From: Eledone cirrhosa
Lineage: Eukaryota
Direction: 5' to 3'
DNA: 64,000 nucleotides
Assembly: GCA_964016885.1 (NCBI GenBank)
Contig: OZ024740.1
Span: forward strand, 317,068,001-317,132,000
The position numbers were made by a program, and so were the translations under genes. The notes beneath the pieces are model-generated. The model ran no database searches. It saw only the letters and a list, made by a program, of their open reading frames with translations, and was not told the DNA's origin. Of the stretch, positions 48,520-62,263 are shown one piece after another. Numbering within the stretch: the stretch's first letter is position 1; each line of letters begins with the position of its first letter.

Positions 48520-51500
48520 GCATCCATCTGAATGGTGTGGCTTATTTCAAGGTTACTTTAACTTTGTTTTGGGAACTGAATTTAAAGTTAAAAAAAAAAA
48601 AGGTTATCTTTTCTTGATTTTGAAGCAATAAAAAATAAAAGTTTCTAAAACCGAAGCAGCAAAAGAATATAGACGCGAGAATGTTCCCTCTTGTGATTAC
48701 TATGATAATTAAATAATTGTTTCTACTTTTGGCACAAGGCCAGCAATTTCCCAGTGCATTACTGGTACTTTATTTTATCGACCCCATAAGGATGAAAGGC
48801 AAAGTTAACCTTGGCGGGATTTGAACTCAGAATGGCAAGGGCCGTAACTCTATGCGTCAAAGCATGGCGTCCGACCCTCTACCGATACTGCCAATCCATG
48901 AAATAATGATAATTATTAAGTACAGTGCTCTGTTTATATCAATTCATCCTTTCATTACTATATTTCTAATGAAAGAAGACACTGCTTATAATTTTCATAT
49001 AATTTTGAAAATTGTAAAGAAAATGGAAAAGATTTTCTTGCAGAGGTTAGCTTTACCTTTCACCCTTATGGGGTCGATAAAATAAAGCACATACACACAC
49101 TTCAAATTGCTGGCCTTGTGCCAAAAGTAGAAACAATTATTATTTTCACATGATGTGATTGTCAAGGTTAGGGATATTACAATCATCTCTTTAAAATAAC
49201 TCAATATGTTTTACAATACTACTGAGTTGGAAAATGGAGAATAAATTGGAATGATGTTTTTTTGCAATATAACTAACTTTTTCATGAAGTTGATCTTTAG
49301 GGCAATAGATTGGCAGAGTTGCCTGAGTGTCAGACAAATGCTTAGCAATATTTGTTCTGGTTCTTAACGTTCCGCTGAGGTCACCTTTGTCATTCAACCT
49401 TCTGATGTCGATAACATAAAGTACCAGTCACATACTGTGGTTGATGCAATCGACTTTCTCCCTCTCTCCACAAAGTGTTGGCTTTGTGCCTAAATTAGAA
49501 ATCATTATTGACTTTGCCTTTCATCCTTACGGGGTCGTAATGCACTGGGTAATTGCTGGCCTTGTGCCTAAAGTAGAAACAATTATTAAGTTGATGTTTG
49601 GAATATAACTTAACAAAAGTTCTTACACAGAATGACGATGAAAGGCTTTTAGATAAATATAAGATATTTTAAAATAAACAGCTGTATCAGAGATGGTTGC
49701 TTCTGACAGGAACCACTGGAGGGAGTGTTTGAGACTCTGCCCTCACGACTCTCTCAGGGCAGCTTTAGGCTGGTTGGTATTAAAGAAAAATTTAAACTTT
49801 TAATTACCAAGTAACTTGAAAAAGGCCACATTCATTCCTATAGATTATTTGCTACATTGTTGATGTTGCTATGATTGTTCTGTTTGCCAATATCAGGTCA
49901 CATGGAGTTCACCAGACTGCTCCCAGTTCCTTGCCCTGAGGATGAGGTTAGCTTGCACTCATTTTTTAGTTTCCTTTCATTCTCCCCTTTTTTTGTATTT
50001 TGCTTCAACACTTTTTTAACCTTCAGCTTTTTTCTCTGGCTGCTTTTATATATTTTCCCATTTTCATTTCACTTCTGCGTCCCTTTTTCAGTTTTCTCAT
50101 GAAACATTGTTACTGTTACCTCCTTTCTATTGTATATATCCATTTGTCATGTGATTTTATTAACTTCTTCTTTTGTTGCAGTGACACAATTGGTAAATAT
50201 ACCAAGTGGGATATGATTATATTTTCTCAGAGGTTAAACAATAATTTAACAGCAGTTCTATATTGTATTAAACATAGATGATAGCGACTGTTTTATAACT
50301 AAGAATATTTTTAACATTAGAAAAGTTAAACTAATTTTGAACTATATAAGTAAGGTTTGTACTCTATGGTAATATAATTATTATAAGTTTAAAACATATA
50401 AACATACTTTGAATATGGTTGCCAAAGTCATTGTAAATTTAATGTTAAGAATTTTAATTTATTAACCATAGAATTCTATTATCTTTGTGTAAACGTGGAT
50501 GGTGTTAGGAAGGGCATCCAGCTGTTAAAATCACAGCCAAATTTACAGTTCCTTCTGAGCAAAGTATGGGTGACTCATCTAACCCATGTAAGCATAGAAA
50601 ATGGATGTCAAACGGTAATTATGATAACTGCTAATGAACATGTTAAAGATAAGTGAGTGTAATTAAAATTTTTTTATACTTTTGTGGACAAAGACATGAG
50701 TAGCACGTAAATATACATACATATATAATATTAAAGATATAATTTTAAAAATGTTTGAGACTTTCAAAAGTCAGTAATTATTTTGAATACATGGACATGG
50801 TATCAGGTTCACGCTTTAGATTAAAGAGATAAAAAGGAGTTCAACGTATCGGACTTAAGCCCTTCGTCAAGAGAGTACAAATAGAAAGATAGAAAAAGAA
50901 TATATATATAAGAATAACCAAATAATTTTTGAACATATTTTTATGGGCATCTTAGTATTATTCTTAACAATGCTTTCGAAATTTATGATAAATCAAGATA
51001 CTGATTGCCTATAGAGGTTAAGATACTGATTGTCTATATACCAATTAAAATTTTTCTTAGAAATGCTATTAATGTTCACTATCTTAACATGTAAAAAGAT
51101 ATGACCCAGTGTGAGAAATACCAACATTGTGACAAACAAAGTGTGTCTAGAAGACTGTACTAATATTAATATTAAACTGACCTTGAAACGTTATGTAGGT
51201 TAAGGTGTGAATTGAGGGATTTTAAATAGAAGTTATAAGTTCTCCCTTTTTATATTAACTCTCTATCATCATGGACCACATGAAACCACATTAGTAAGGC
51301 ATTCTTGAAAAGCACAAAACAACACTGACTGTATCACATTAAAAATTACTCAAATACTGTAAATTTTTACAATGATTAGTCCATCAGTAAAGATACTATA
51401 AACATTTGAATTAACAACTCCACTTTCAGATATATTCTGCTAAATAATTACAGGATGTCAAGCCAGTATTGTATACGACATACAGACAGAGTAATTAAAA

Positions 51501-54500
51501 AAAAAAATTGTTTTCCATTGTTCTAACGAAGAATGGCTGTAAGTCTTTGGAAATTATCCATAGAACAATGTTTAACCCTTTAACATTTACATTATTCTAC
51601 TATTGTATTTTCATGGTAAAGGCTTTATCTCACATAATATTGAAGCTACGAGATTTTGATGTTATTTATTTGGAGAACAATGCCTTAATATTGGTATGAA
51701 TGGCTGGTTTGAACAGAAAGAGATGAGAGAATTCTGGCTGGATATGGTTGGTTTAGATGATAAAGGGTTAAGCAATGATAATGTTTGATTGAAACTATCA
51801 AAAGTCAGTAATTATTTTGAATACATGGACGTATTAGATATTTTAGTTGTGGAAGAGTTTCAAAAATTTAGGACAGAATGGTTAACATGTAACAGCTGAA
51901 TGTTAAATGTCTTTAGCTGTGTATAAAATAAGGTCTGTGCACATGTAAGTACTACTCGGTACAGGAATGAAGATTTTCATGTGTTTTTACCAACAACTTG
52001 TAAGGTGGTCATACTGATGCCACAACAAAAAGCACCCAGTCCTCACTATAAGGTGGTAGTGCTGGTATCATGAAAAAAAAAAACACTCAGTCCTCACTCT
52101 AAGGTGGTAGTGCTGGTGCCATGATAAAAAAAAAAAAGCAATCAGTCCTCACTTTAAGGTTGGTTGGTTGGCATTAAGGAATGGTATTCAGTTGTAAAAA
52201 ACCAAGCCAAGATTTAGTCACTTGATTTATCTGGCCACATAACATGACAACCTGTCAAAGCCATGTAAGCATGGAAAATAGATGTCAAATGGTAATGATG
52301 ATGATAATGATTGCATTCAGCGTTTTTATGTCAGTTAAGTTAAAGATAAAATCAATACATCTAATAATTGAGATAATAGAAATGTAAACTGGTGTGGTAT
52401 ATAGCTGTGTAGAAGGATGTTAGTAAATCATGTAATTAAATATTACAGACTTTTGCCTGTTGTTATTTACAAAAGTTGTTAATTAGCCCTAGCTCAATCC
52501 TGATTAAACAGACTTATGCTCAGATGTCCCTGCCAGTGCTATACTATATGTTTCAATGCAATATATCTAGATCTACATTATCTATTGTGTCCCTTTCTTA
52601 GAATGGTAGGATATGATTTGAGGGAGATTTATTTGCTATTTCTAACTGGTCATGGGACTGTACAGGTTCCCCATTGGCATAGATAAGTTATATTAAGAGG
52701 TAATGAAATAAAGTGAAAATTAACATTAATGTAATCAATTTTTTTTATTAATGAATTAAAATGTAAGACCATGTATTACAGCATTTAAACCAGCCGTATC
52801 TGGCCAGAATTCTCTCACCTCTTTCTGTTCAAACCAGCTGCTCATACTGATGTTAAGGTATCGTTCTCAAAATAAATAATATTAAAATCTCATAGATTCA
52901 ATATTATGAAAATATAAAAGTAAATATAGAGTAATGTAAATGGTAAAGTGTTAAAGGTTTCGTAATTTTGTCCTTCTCACTGACATTAAATCCTGATTAG
53001 ATTTCAGTCACGATCATCATCATAAATGATATATAAATACTAATTCCTTAGATTAACTTCAAGGTAAAGGTCAAATGATAGTATTGCTCTTCATAGATTA
53101 ATTTATTGTTTGTCTGTCTGCTGACAGCATGTTTAATCCCACTTGTTAATTGAGTAATTAGATATTTAGAAATTAAACATTATATATTTTAGTAATTTAA
53201 TAACCTACAGGAACCGGTTTGACAGGAAGAAGAGTAATTGTCATCCATTAAACTTCTTCCTAAAACATTTATTATATAGTGCTAGGTTTAAGACTTGGTG
53301 ATTTTTTAGACACCTTGTAGGATGAAAAACAAAACCTGACAAAGGACAGAGGAACTCATGTGAGTCAATGGTCATCCAATAATGTATACATATGTATATA
53401 TCGTTTGGGTGTAGATGTAGAGCTGTAGTAGATTTCACTGCTGACACTGGATGGTGTTTTGTGGTGTTCCCGTGTGTCCCAGTGTCTGCTCAACATGTGT
53501 CTCAGTGAATTGATGTCACACAATATATGCTCATTCAAGATGAACACCAAGCCTCTCTCAGTTTGAAGACCGACCTGTGTGGTGAAAAGCCACATTCTAC
53601 ATGAGGTGCCTCTGATATGGCTATTATAGGATAGTATAGCACAATAGATTGTGAACACTAGTGACTTTGCAGATGACTGACTATTAATTCGACAATGGGT
53701 TGGCACAACTGCTCCATTTAGCGGAGAAATCTATGGGTATGCAGGTGTGGCGAGCAGCATATATTCTAGCCATTATAAAAAACAAAATGAATGCTTCACT
53801 TTTGATGGAAGGATGAATCACGGAGAGAAGAGGTTTAAGAAATTTAAAGACATACATTCATATTTTATAAGGATCTAAAATATCTCATATTTAGATTGTC
53901 TGAATATAGATATAAATGGTAATTTTAAGTGATTAAAATGGTAATTTTCTTGTGTTAACAATCACTAGATCACTGAGACATCCCAGAAATTCTGCCACCA
54001 TTATATTGTTAACAAGACACTCAGTTTTACTTGTCTTGCAAAGGTTTCATGTTTAGTTTAGAGAAAATGTTCTACTTTAGATTTTAACTCTGGACATTCT
54101 ATAATCACAAGAAAGCTCATTAGCCAGGCATTCTTAAAAAGTACAAAGCAGCAGTATGGCTGCATTACATTAGAAATTTAAGTAGTTATGTTAATTTACT
54201 TGAAGTTTTTACAAAGATCTGTCCACTAGTAAAGATACTATAAACATTTGAATTAATAAACACAGTTTTAGATATTTTCTGCTAAATTATTATAGGATGT
54301 TAAAACTTAAGCAAATTTTCTCATAAAAAAAAAAAAAAATATTCCGTAAATAAAATTTTCAATTTAGGATACATGTATTTCTGAATCTTGAAATTCTGGA
54401 AATGTACTCATGCAATACCATCCATTTTGAAATAGTGCCATGAAAATAGAAAATAATTTCATGCTATGAATATAATGTATCAACTGAAAGAAATATGAAA

Positions 54501-55374
54501 TTGAATATGTATTTAAAGTTTTCCCACTGTAGTTTATTTAGCCTGAGGAAAAAAACTTTATATTGTCATTAACAAATTTTATTTCAGTATCCATATTCTT
54601 GACTTTGCCACAAACACCATTGAACAGAGTTAGATTATCTGCTATTTTATAGTTATTGGAAGATTTAATGAAGTTTCTAAATATAGAATTATTAAATATT
54701 CCAATTAAGTTTTTTTTATGTCTTTTTCATAGGTTTTAAAACATGAATGTGTATTTGCTTTCTATCCATTTCAGATAGATTTAACATAAATTACTTTTAA
54801 TGTTTGACTTAAATAGAAATAGAGTATTTATAAATTCAAATTTATTACCTGGTTTTGAAAGCAACTATTTTATGAAAATATCATTGAATAACATTTAATT
54901 ATTTTGCTTTGATGTTAATTAATGCATTAAGTCGAAAATCTCAATTTTGAATGCTTACAAAAAAAAAAAAAGAGAAAAAATTATGCTTTTCCTAAACTCA
55001 AATATCTATTTGCTTCAGATGCAATTTATTTTAATTAATACAAAAATTCAAATTTCAATGTTTACAGAAAAAGAAAACAATTTAAGCTTTTCTTTCTAGT
55101 CAAGTGTTTATTATAATCTTTAACTAGCTTCTTATATCTAACAAACTAAGGATCTGCTATTTTAACTGTTTTGCTATTCAGTTATCTGTTTTACTAATCA
55201 ACTAACCCTAAAGCCTTTTCTAATCAATAACTTGATTTTATTCTTGGGATGCTATAAAATCTGTAATCTTATTTCTATAATTTCTTGGTGCTGGTAAACA
55301 TTTTATAACAAAATTTTATTTTACCATTACATCTTAAAATATGTTCGGTAAATATATATATATGGCTTTTTGTA

Positions 55375-55716
55375 CTGGTTTCAGTCATTCGGCTGTGTCC
55401 ATACTGGGGCACTGCCAAGTATATTTGGTAAATATTTAGTATTTGGATTTTTAAGACTGGTTTCAGTCATTTGACTGTGGCCATGCTGGAAGTATATTTG
55501 GTAAATATTTAGTATTTTTTTAGTATATTTAGTATTTACTGTGGCCATGCTGGAAGTATATTTGGTAAATATTTAGTATTTTTTTAGTATATTTAGTATT
55601 TTTTTTATATATATACTAGTTTCAGTCATTTGACTTTGGTCATGCTGGAAGACAGTCAAGTATATTTGGTTCTTTATAATGGTTTCAGCCATTTGACTGT
55701 AGCCATGCTGGAGCAA
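55375..55716 (-). repeat. Cluster of SINE 3'-tail fragments
   Basis: Four to five copies of TTTCAGTCATTTGACTGTGGCCATGCTGGA, also at 20341-20392, ~23965-24007 and ~40410-40445. Confidence 0.7.
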
Positions 55717-56821
55717 TGTTTTTGAGGGTATTAAGTACTTTCATTTTGAAAAGAGGAAAGGCAAAGGAAATTTGAATGAAGTTGGAAATCAGAACACAAT
55801 TGGACATAATCAAATACCAGAAGGTATTTCGTCTAATGCCCTTCTGTTTCTGCTATCCATTTGCCATTAATGTAAAGATTGCTCTGTTGCAAGTAAACAA
55901 TTTAGGCAACTGATACTGGAAGTCTCTATGAAGGCTTCTAGATTGATCATAATAATTTAAAAAATGTCAGAAATTATATATATTTGTGTTCCCATATTCA
56001 GCAGTTTCCACTGTTAAAGTTAGAGACAAAGGATTTTGACACTACAGAAGAGCAAGAGATGCTGGGCACTTTGTACAGTATTGTGCTATCTGCAGGATTT
56101 GAAACAAATTTTTTATGGTGGATTATTCCTGTGTTAACTATAAGTAATATTGAAACGTTAAAGTCAATTTTAGGGTGACTCAAGTTAGCACACCTGCTTT
56201 GTCAAAAGAATTGTCGCTGCATATGCTGATTTTCAGTTGTACGTGTATGGCAATGCAAACATTGTTTCTTCTTAAATAAATAGTATCTGTTACCCTAGCT
56301 TTAGTTATGTATACTTTTATATATATCATTAGTGAATATATAATGAAACTTAATTTTACTGTGAATAATGTTGATTAGAAAATTACAGTCCATTACTTGG
56401 ATATTTATATTTTCACAGTTTTAAAGTAGGAACCCATCTAATTAGGAATTATCAAATACTGAAGCATATATTAAGCAGCAGCTTTAAACTGTATATAGAA
56501 TATAGTTTTATAGAATTCCAATAAAGATAAAGTCAATAGTTTGGTAAGGAAATGGAAGCTGTTAATATTTACTGATTCATACAAATGTATGGCAGTCTTG
56601 TATTTCAATATTGAAGATTCAATCTTTAAGATTTAAGGAAGCTGAAGCATTTCTATAAAATATTTTTAAAATTTACATTAACTACTAGAATGATAACCAG
56701 TAAAAATAAAACCTATCTAAATTTATTAGGTTTTGGATTTTCCTCTTGAAAAATCCACTCTAAATAGCCAGTGCCTTAGTGACTTTATTCTGTTGTTATA
56801 ACTTAATTTTTATTTTTTCAG

Positions 56822-56926
56822 GGCCGCACAATGGAAAGACTGACTGATATAGAATTGAGTAGTGTCCAATCGACTAAATCTAAAGGTCCTGCTTTAGTTA
56901 ACGATGCCACATCAATTGTCCTGCAG
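56822..56926 (+). CDS. Internal coding exon of unidentified gene (GRTMERLTDIELSSVQSTKSKGPALVNDATSIVLQ)
   Basis: Branch-like CTTAAT plus TTTTTATTTTTTCAG acceptor, 105 nt open in phase 0/0, and donor CAG|GTAGGT. Confidence 0.65.
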
Positions 56927-57139
56927 GTAGGTTGCCTGTTATTTTTGTTTTATTTTTCTTTAATTTACCACCTGTATTTGATGTTGCAATGGCAGTGAAT
57001 AGGCAGAGTTATTAGAATGTCAGATAGGATGCTTTGCAGTATTTGTTCCACTCTCTGCATTCTCTGAGTTAAAATCCGAGGTCAACTTTGCCTTTCATCC
57101 CTTCAAGGTCAATAAAAAAGTACCAGTTCAGTTATGATC

Positions 57140-57408
57140 ATGTTCTCACAACTCGTGCAGCCAGCTGTTAGGGTTCCACTGTAGATGCTTTTGTAGTTAG
57201 TCGTCACCATTGATCTCTATTCTCTGTCGTGCATAGAAGGGCTTTGGTGTTGTGCTCAGTCCAGTCTTTGATGTTGTCAGACCAGGATTTTCTTCATCTG
57301 CCTCAACTACTTCACCCTCCCTCAACTATGCCTTGAAGGATGGATTTGAACAAGGAGTTGTGGCGGATACACGACCATATCATACAAACTTCCGGCTTTT
57401 CACCATCG
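57140..57408 (-). mobile_element. BovB-like RTE LINE 3' fragment
   Basis: Translates VKSRKF..YG.V.RHNSLFKSILQGIVEG...GR.RKSWSDNIKDWT...ENRDQW, with stops. Confidence 0.75.
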
Positions 57409-57779
57409 AGTGGTTACTGTCTGCCAACATATTTGATAACAGTTCAGTATTGGGGATCAAATGTTTGTCTATGTCTTTTTCTCTCCCCTACTCATCCCTT
57501 TTCTGGAAGAAATTGGCTGTATTCAGACCTGGAGAGGGGATGGGTTCCACCAGGTTTAAAGTACACAAGACATACCCTGTCTCATGACAGTGCCCCTATG
57601 ACTCCATCAGGACTTACCAGGATCATACATACATTTGATTTTGTGTTATTCATTCAAATGAACGATGATGCAAACAGTCATTTGTTATGATCCAATTACC
57701 ATATAACTAGGAAAGAATCAAACCCATTATATTATGATCTTAAGTCCAACACCCTTACCATTAGGCTATGTGCCTACAT

Positions 57780-58000
57780 TCCTGGAATGGGTTGTGTGTT
57801 GTGTTCTTGAGAAAAACACTTCATCTGACATTGCTCCAGAATACTCAGCTAAAAATGAGTACCAGCAATAGCTGGGGTTTAACCCTGTGATGGATTTGCA
57901 TCCTGTCTAGGGGGAAGTTTTGTACTTTCAATCATTTCCTGCCATGGAAACCAGGATAAACACTGGCCTGATGAGCCTCCGGGCTCAAGGCAGACTTAAG
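57780..58000 (+). mobile_element. V-SINE-like fragment
   Basis: TTGTGTTCTTGAGAAAAACACTT...ACCCTGTGATGGATTTGCATCCTGTCTAGGGG...GAAACCAGGATAA. Confidence 0.55.
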
Positions 58001-58239
58001 ACTAGAAAAGAATATTTGGTGGGCTTATTATTTGGGTGAGCATGGGACTAGGATATCTTGACACTGTTAACTGAATTCAAATTGAATAAGATTTTCATCA
58101 ATAGATATTTGTGTACATCACTTGTATTTGTATGAGGCAATGTTTTGTGGAACTTATCCTAATTTTGATTGAAAGACATCTCTTTAGATAGGTATTGACC
58201 AACAAAGCATTTGAAATCATCACTGAAATTTAATCAGAA

Positions 58240-58660
58240 TTCTGCAGTTTTGCTATATATAAGAATGAGCTGTATTCTCATGCAGTTGTATAGTTCTGAT
58301 ATATATACAAGGATGAGCTGTATTTTCATCCAGTTAATTAGTTCTGCTATATACAAGGCTGAGCAGTATTCAGTTCTGCTATATACAAGGCTGAGCAGTA
58401 TTCAGTTCTGCTATATACTTGGATGAGCAGTATTCAGTTCTGCTATATACTTGGATGAGCAGTATTCAGTTCTGCTATATACTTGGATGAGCAGTATTCA
58501 GTTCTGCTATATACTTGGATGAGCAGTATTCAGTTCTGCTATATACTTGGATGAGCAGTATTCAGTTCTGCTATATACTTGGATGAGCAGTATTCAGTTC
58601 TGCTATATACTTGGATGAGCAGTATTCAGTTCTGCTATATACTTGGATGAGCTGCTATTT
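58240..58660 (+). repeat. 32-bp minisatellite (~12 units)
   Basis: Unit GAGCAGTATTCAGTTCTGCTATATACTTGGAT. Confidence 0.93.
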
Positions 58661-59327
58661 ATTTACAGTTAAGGGGCTGGGTTCACAGTCATAGGTTCAT
58701 GAGTTTGATTCCCACACAGGGTGGCACATTGTGTCCTTGAGCAAGACGCCATAGGATAACAGTCATAGGGTCGTGAGTTTGATTCTCACACTGGGCAGCA
58801 CATTGTACCCTTGAGCAAGGCACTTTATTTCACATTGCTCCAGTTCACTCAGCCGGCAAGAATGAGTTCTACCTGTAATTCAAAGGACCAGTATTGTCAC
58901 ATACTGTGTCATGCTGAATTTCCCTTAGAATTATGCTAAGGGTGCATGTGTATGTGGAATACTCAGCCACTTTCATGTTAATTTCATGAGCAGGGTATTC
59001 CATTGATTGAACCAACTGGAGTACTTGTTGTCAGAAACAACAGAGGCCCCTCAATGATTATATTTATACTTCTCTTTATAGCAACAGTATATATAACTGC
59101 AACATGAAACATTACACTAAGTTATTCTCATTCTTCTCACTCCTTATTAAGTATATCAACTCTGCTAAGAATTGCTCTGCCAACTCAGCCTTTCTAATAC
59201 TTGAAGGAAAATATCTTCAGCTACAACTATCTTTTATATTTTTGGATAAATGATATTACTGTAGTTTATATAACCTGACCAGTTGAATTATTTACAGGAA
59301 TTTGAACTGACCACATTTCTTATATTA

Positions 59328-59509
59328 TATGAGGGTCGAGTGAAAAGGTCATAGGCTGACTAAGATAGGTTTATTTTTCAACATAGTCCCTCGAAAAAAA
59401 AACAATGGAGTTAACAATAAGAAGAGTTGAAATTAATGCATACACGATTTCACAGTTCTAACATTACTCCTTCATAGTCAGCCTATGAACTTTTCAGCCC
59501 ACTCTTGTA
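59328..59509. mobile_element. Mariner-type MITE
   Basis: TATGAGGG...TGAAAAGGTCATAGGCTGAC / GTCAGCCTATGAACTTTTCA...CTCTTGTA. Homologous to 6050-6250. Confidence 0.8.
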
Positions 59510-60231
59510 GTTTGTACGTCCTATAATTCATTAAGTTGTAGGGAGACCACTAAAGACTGACTTCCTGTAGCATATCTAGGTCATGTCAACCTGACAAATC
59601 CCACTTATTTCCAAGAGAGGTAGAAGTTATTCTCATTAAATAATAATAGAGTCCAGCTCTATTGAACAAATGGACCAGAGACTTTTTCATTTGTTAGTTG
59701 TTGCTTATTCAATATATTTAAGCATGCAGTTATGTATCTGTTCTTGAATTCAGAGCTTCAAATGTTGTAAATAAATAGTCTTGAAAAAGATTTATTTCTA
59801 CCTCCTCAGTGTGTACGTAACAAATTTTGACCTGATTAAGAGGCAGTACTTGATTCCACTTATTAAGAGCTTAGTGCCACAAGCCAACTTAACTGGAAAT
59901 CATCTTAAGCAAACTGATTTAAGCAAGCTCTTTTGATCATACCATCTTTCCTTATCGTTTTTTTTAGCCTTGACATATATTACATGATTTTATAGCTGTG
60001 ATTTTTTTAGTAGATAATAATTAAGTATGGCAACCTTTAAAGAGACATCCCACATGGAAAGAACTTCATTAAATTTATTTGATTCTATTAGTCTCTCTCT
60101 CACAATATTCAAATACCCTTTAGCATTGAAACCGGCCATATTTGGCCAAAATTCTCTCACCTCTTTCTGTTCAAACTGACTGTAACCAGCTGCTCATACT
60201 GATGTTAAGACATTGTTCTCAAAATAAATAA

Positions 60232-60773
60232 TTGTCTCTACTTTTGGCACCAGGCCAGTTCATTACTGGTACTTTATTTTATTGACCCAGTAAGGATGAA
60301 AGGCAAAGTTAACCTCGGCGGGATTTGAACTCAGACCATAAAGGAACGTAACTTTTTGCTGCAAAGCATGGCATCCGACCCTCTACCGATACTACCAATC
60401 CACCACCCTAATAATTGTTTCTACTATTGGCATAAGGCCAGCAATTACCCAGTACATTACTGGTACTTTATTTTATTGACCCCGTAAGGATGAAAGGCAA
60501 AGTTAACCTCGGCGGGATTTGAACTCAAAATAAATAATTGTTTCTACTTTAGGCACAAGACCAGCAATTACCCAGTGCATTACTGGTACTTTATTTTATC
60601 GATCCCGTAAGGATGAAAGGCAAAGTCAACCTCGGCGGGATTTGAACTCAAAATAAATAATTGTTTCTACCTTAGGCACAAGACCAGCAATTACCCAGTG
60701 CATTACTGGTACTTTATTTTATCGACCCTGTAAGGATGAAAGGCAAAGTCAACCTCGGCGGGATTTGAACTCA
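60232..60773 (-). mobile_element. Four Meta-like SINE units in tandem nested in a family B MITE
   Basis: One full-length unit and three identically 5'-truncated units. The MITE halves lie at 60115-60231 and 60774-60879. Confidence 0.85.
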
Positions 60774-61029
60774 AAATAAATAATATCAAAATTTCATAGA
60801 TTTGATATTATGTGAGGTAAAGTCTTTACAGCGAAAATATAATAGTATATATAGAGTAATGGAAATGCTAATTCGGTTAAGCTAATTCATGTTTTAAGTT
60901 TATTTCTAAACTCTCAATCTGTTGAAATACCTTTGTGCTAATAGTAATAATGTAAGAGGGTATTTTGATTAAATATTTAAATAGTTTGCAGGGAAACAAC
61001 TTATTCAGTTTTGATCTGGTCAATAAAAA

Positions 61030-61400
61030 TATTATGTGCAGGGTCTTTGGAGTAACATTACTCGATAGAGTGCATAGCTTGCAGATCAGTGTCACTCAAG
61101 GTAGAGCCACTACTTCTCCAGATTGAGAGATCACAGTTCCAATATTACGGGCATGTGGCTAGAATGTCTCAGGAAAGAATTGCTAGACAGATTTTACAGG
61201 CAAAACCAACCAGCAGGAGACCCATGGGTAGACCCTGAGCAAGATGGTTGGATAACATCCATGAACCCAGCTGGTTTCACTTGAGGTTCCAGCCGGATCA
61301 GTTGGAGACGGTTGCTTCTGACAGGATCTGCTGGAAGGAGTGTTTGAGGACTCTGCCCCCACGACTCCCTCAGGAATAAGTGGGCAAAGAAGGTGTATAA
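61030..61400 (+). mobile_element. Rex3/Expander-like RTE LINE 3' fragment
   Basis: Translates SLKVEPLLLQIERSQFQYYGHVARM...PTSRRPMGRP*ARWLDNI...VASDRICWKECLRTLPPR. A short related piece lies at ~49690-49760. Confidence 0.8.
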
Positions 61401-61411
61401 ATTAATTTTTA

Positions 61412-62263
61412 TAGCTGCTAAAGGGTTCTCCCTAAAAATGAAAGGCAGGTTGTACGATGCCTGCATACGAACAGCAATGTTGCATGGCAGTGAGACCTGG
61501 GCATTGTGTGCAGAGGATATACGCAGACTAGAGAGAAACGAAGCTTGCATGCTCCGCTGGATGTGTAACAGTAATATACGTGAACGGCAAAGCATAAACG
61601 AACTAAGGAAAAAATTAGAGATAAGAGGGATCAGATGTTGTTTACTCGAGAGAAGGCTACGTTGGTATGGCCACGTGATGCGCATGAAAGTCGATAGCTG
61701 TATAACAAAGTGCAGGGCAATAAAGATAGACGGTAGCCACGGAATAGGCAGACCTAGAAAAACCTGGGACGAGCTGATAAACTCCGACCTCACACACTTA
61801 CACCTCTCCAAGACAATGTCACTGGACCGAGACCTTTGGCGGTACTCAGTAACAGAGAAGACCCGCCTTACCTAAATATATAGTAAAACCTACTCCAGCC
61901 AGTAGGCACCTCTAACAAAATACACCCCGTCCCACCACCACCACTCCCACCCCATCCACACCACCCCGTTCTATGTAAAGTTATGTTGGTGCCGCGCCAT
62001 CCAGGCCGAAACAAATGAGATCGTGTAGGTGTCACGACAAAAAAACACACAGTCCACGCTGTAATGTGGCCGTGTAGGCAACACGGTAAAAACCTCCCAG
62101 ACCCACAGTAAATGTGGTTGGTGTTAGGAAGGGCATCCAACTGTAGAAAACCTGACAGACAGTCCTATGCGAGCAAGACAATCACTCTTGCCTCAAGTGG
62201 GACTACCCCCGTCCAAACCCATGCAAGCGTGGAACACGGACGTTAAACGTTGATGATGATGAT
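61412..62263 (+). mobile_element. Young 5'-truncated RTE LINE (~850 bp)
   Basis: Near-identical by eye to 27223-28075, with an open frame to the natural stop at 61875. Confidence 0.95.

Noticed and set aside
53365-53706. 113-aa minus-strand ORF as a gene
   Set aside because: No splice support. It has only a faint resemblance to a decayed LINE RT segment (Q.G....RG), too weak to call.
57945-57995. Hammerhead (GAAAC...CTGATGAGCC)
   Set aside because: No GAAA follows stem II and there is no valid NUH/stem I geometry. The motif lies in the V-SINE-like body.
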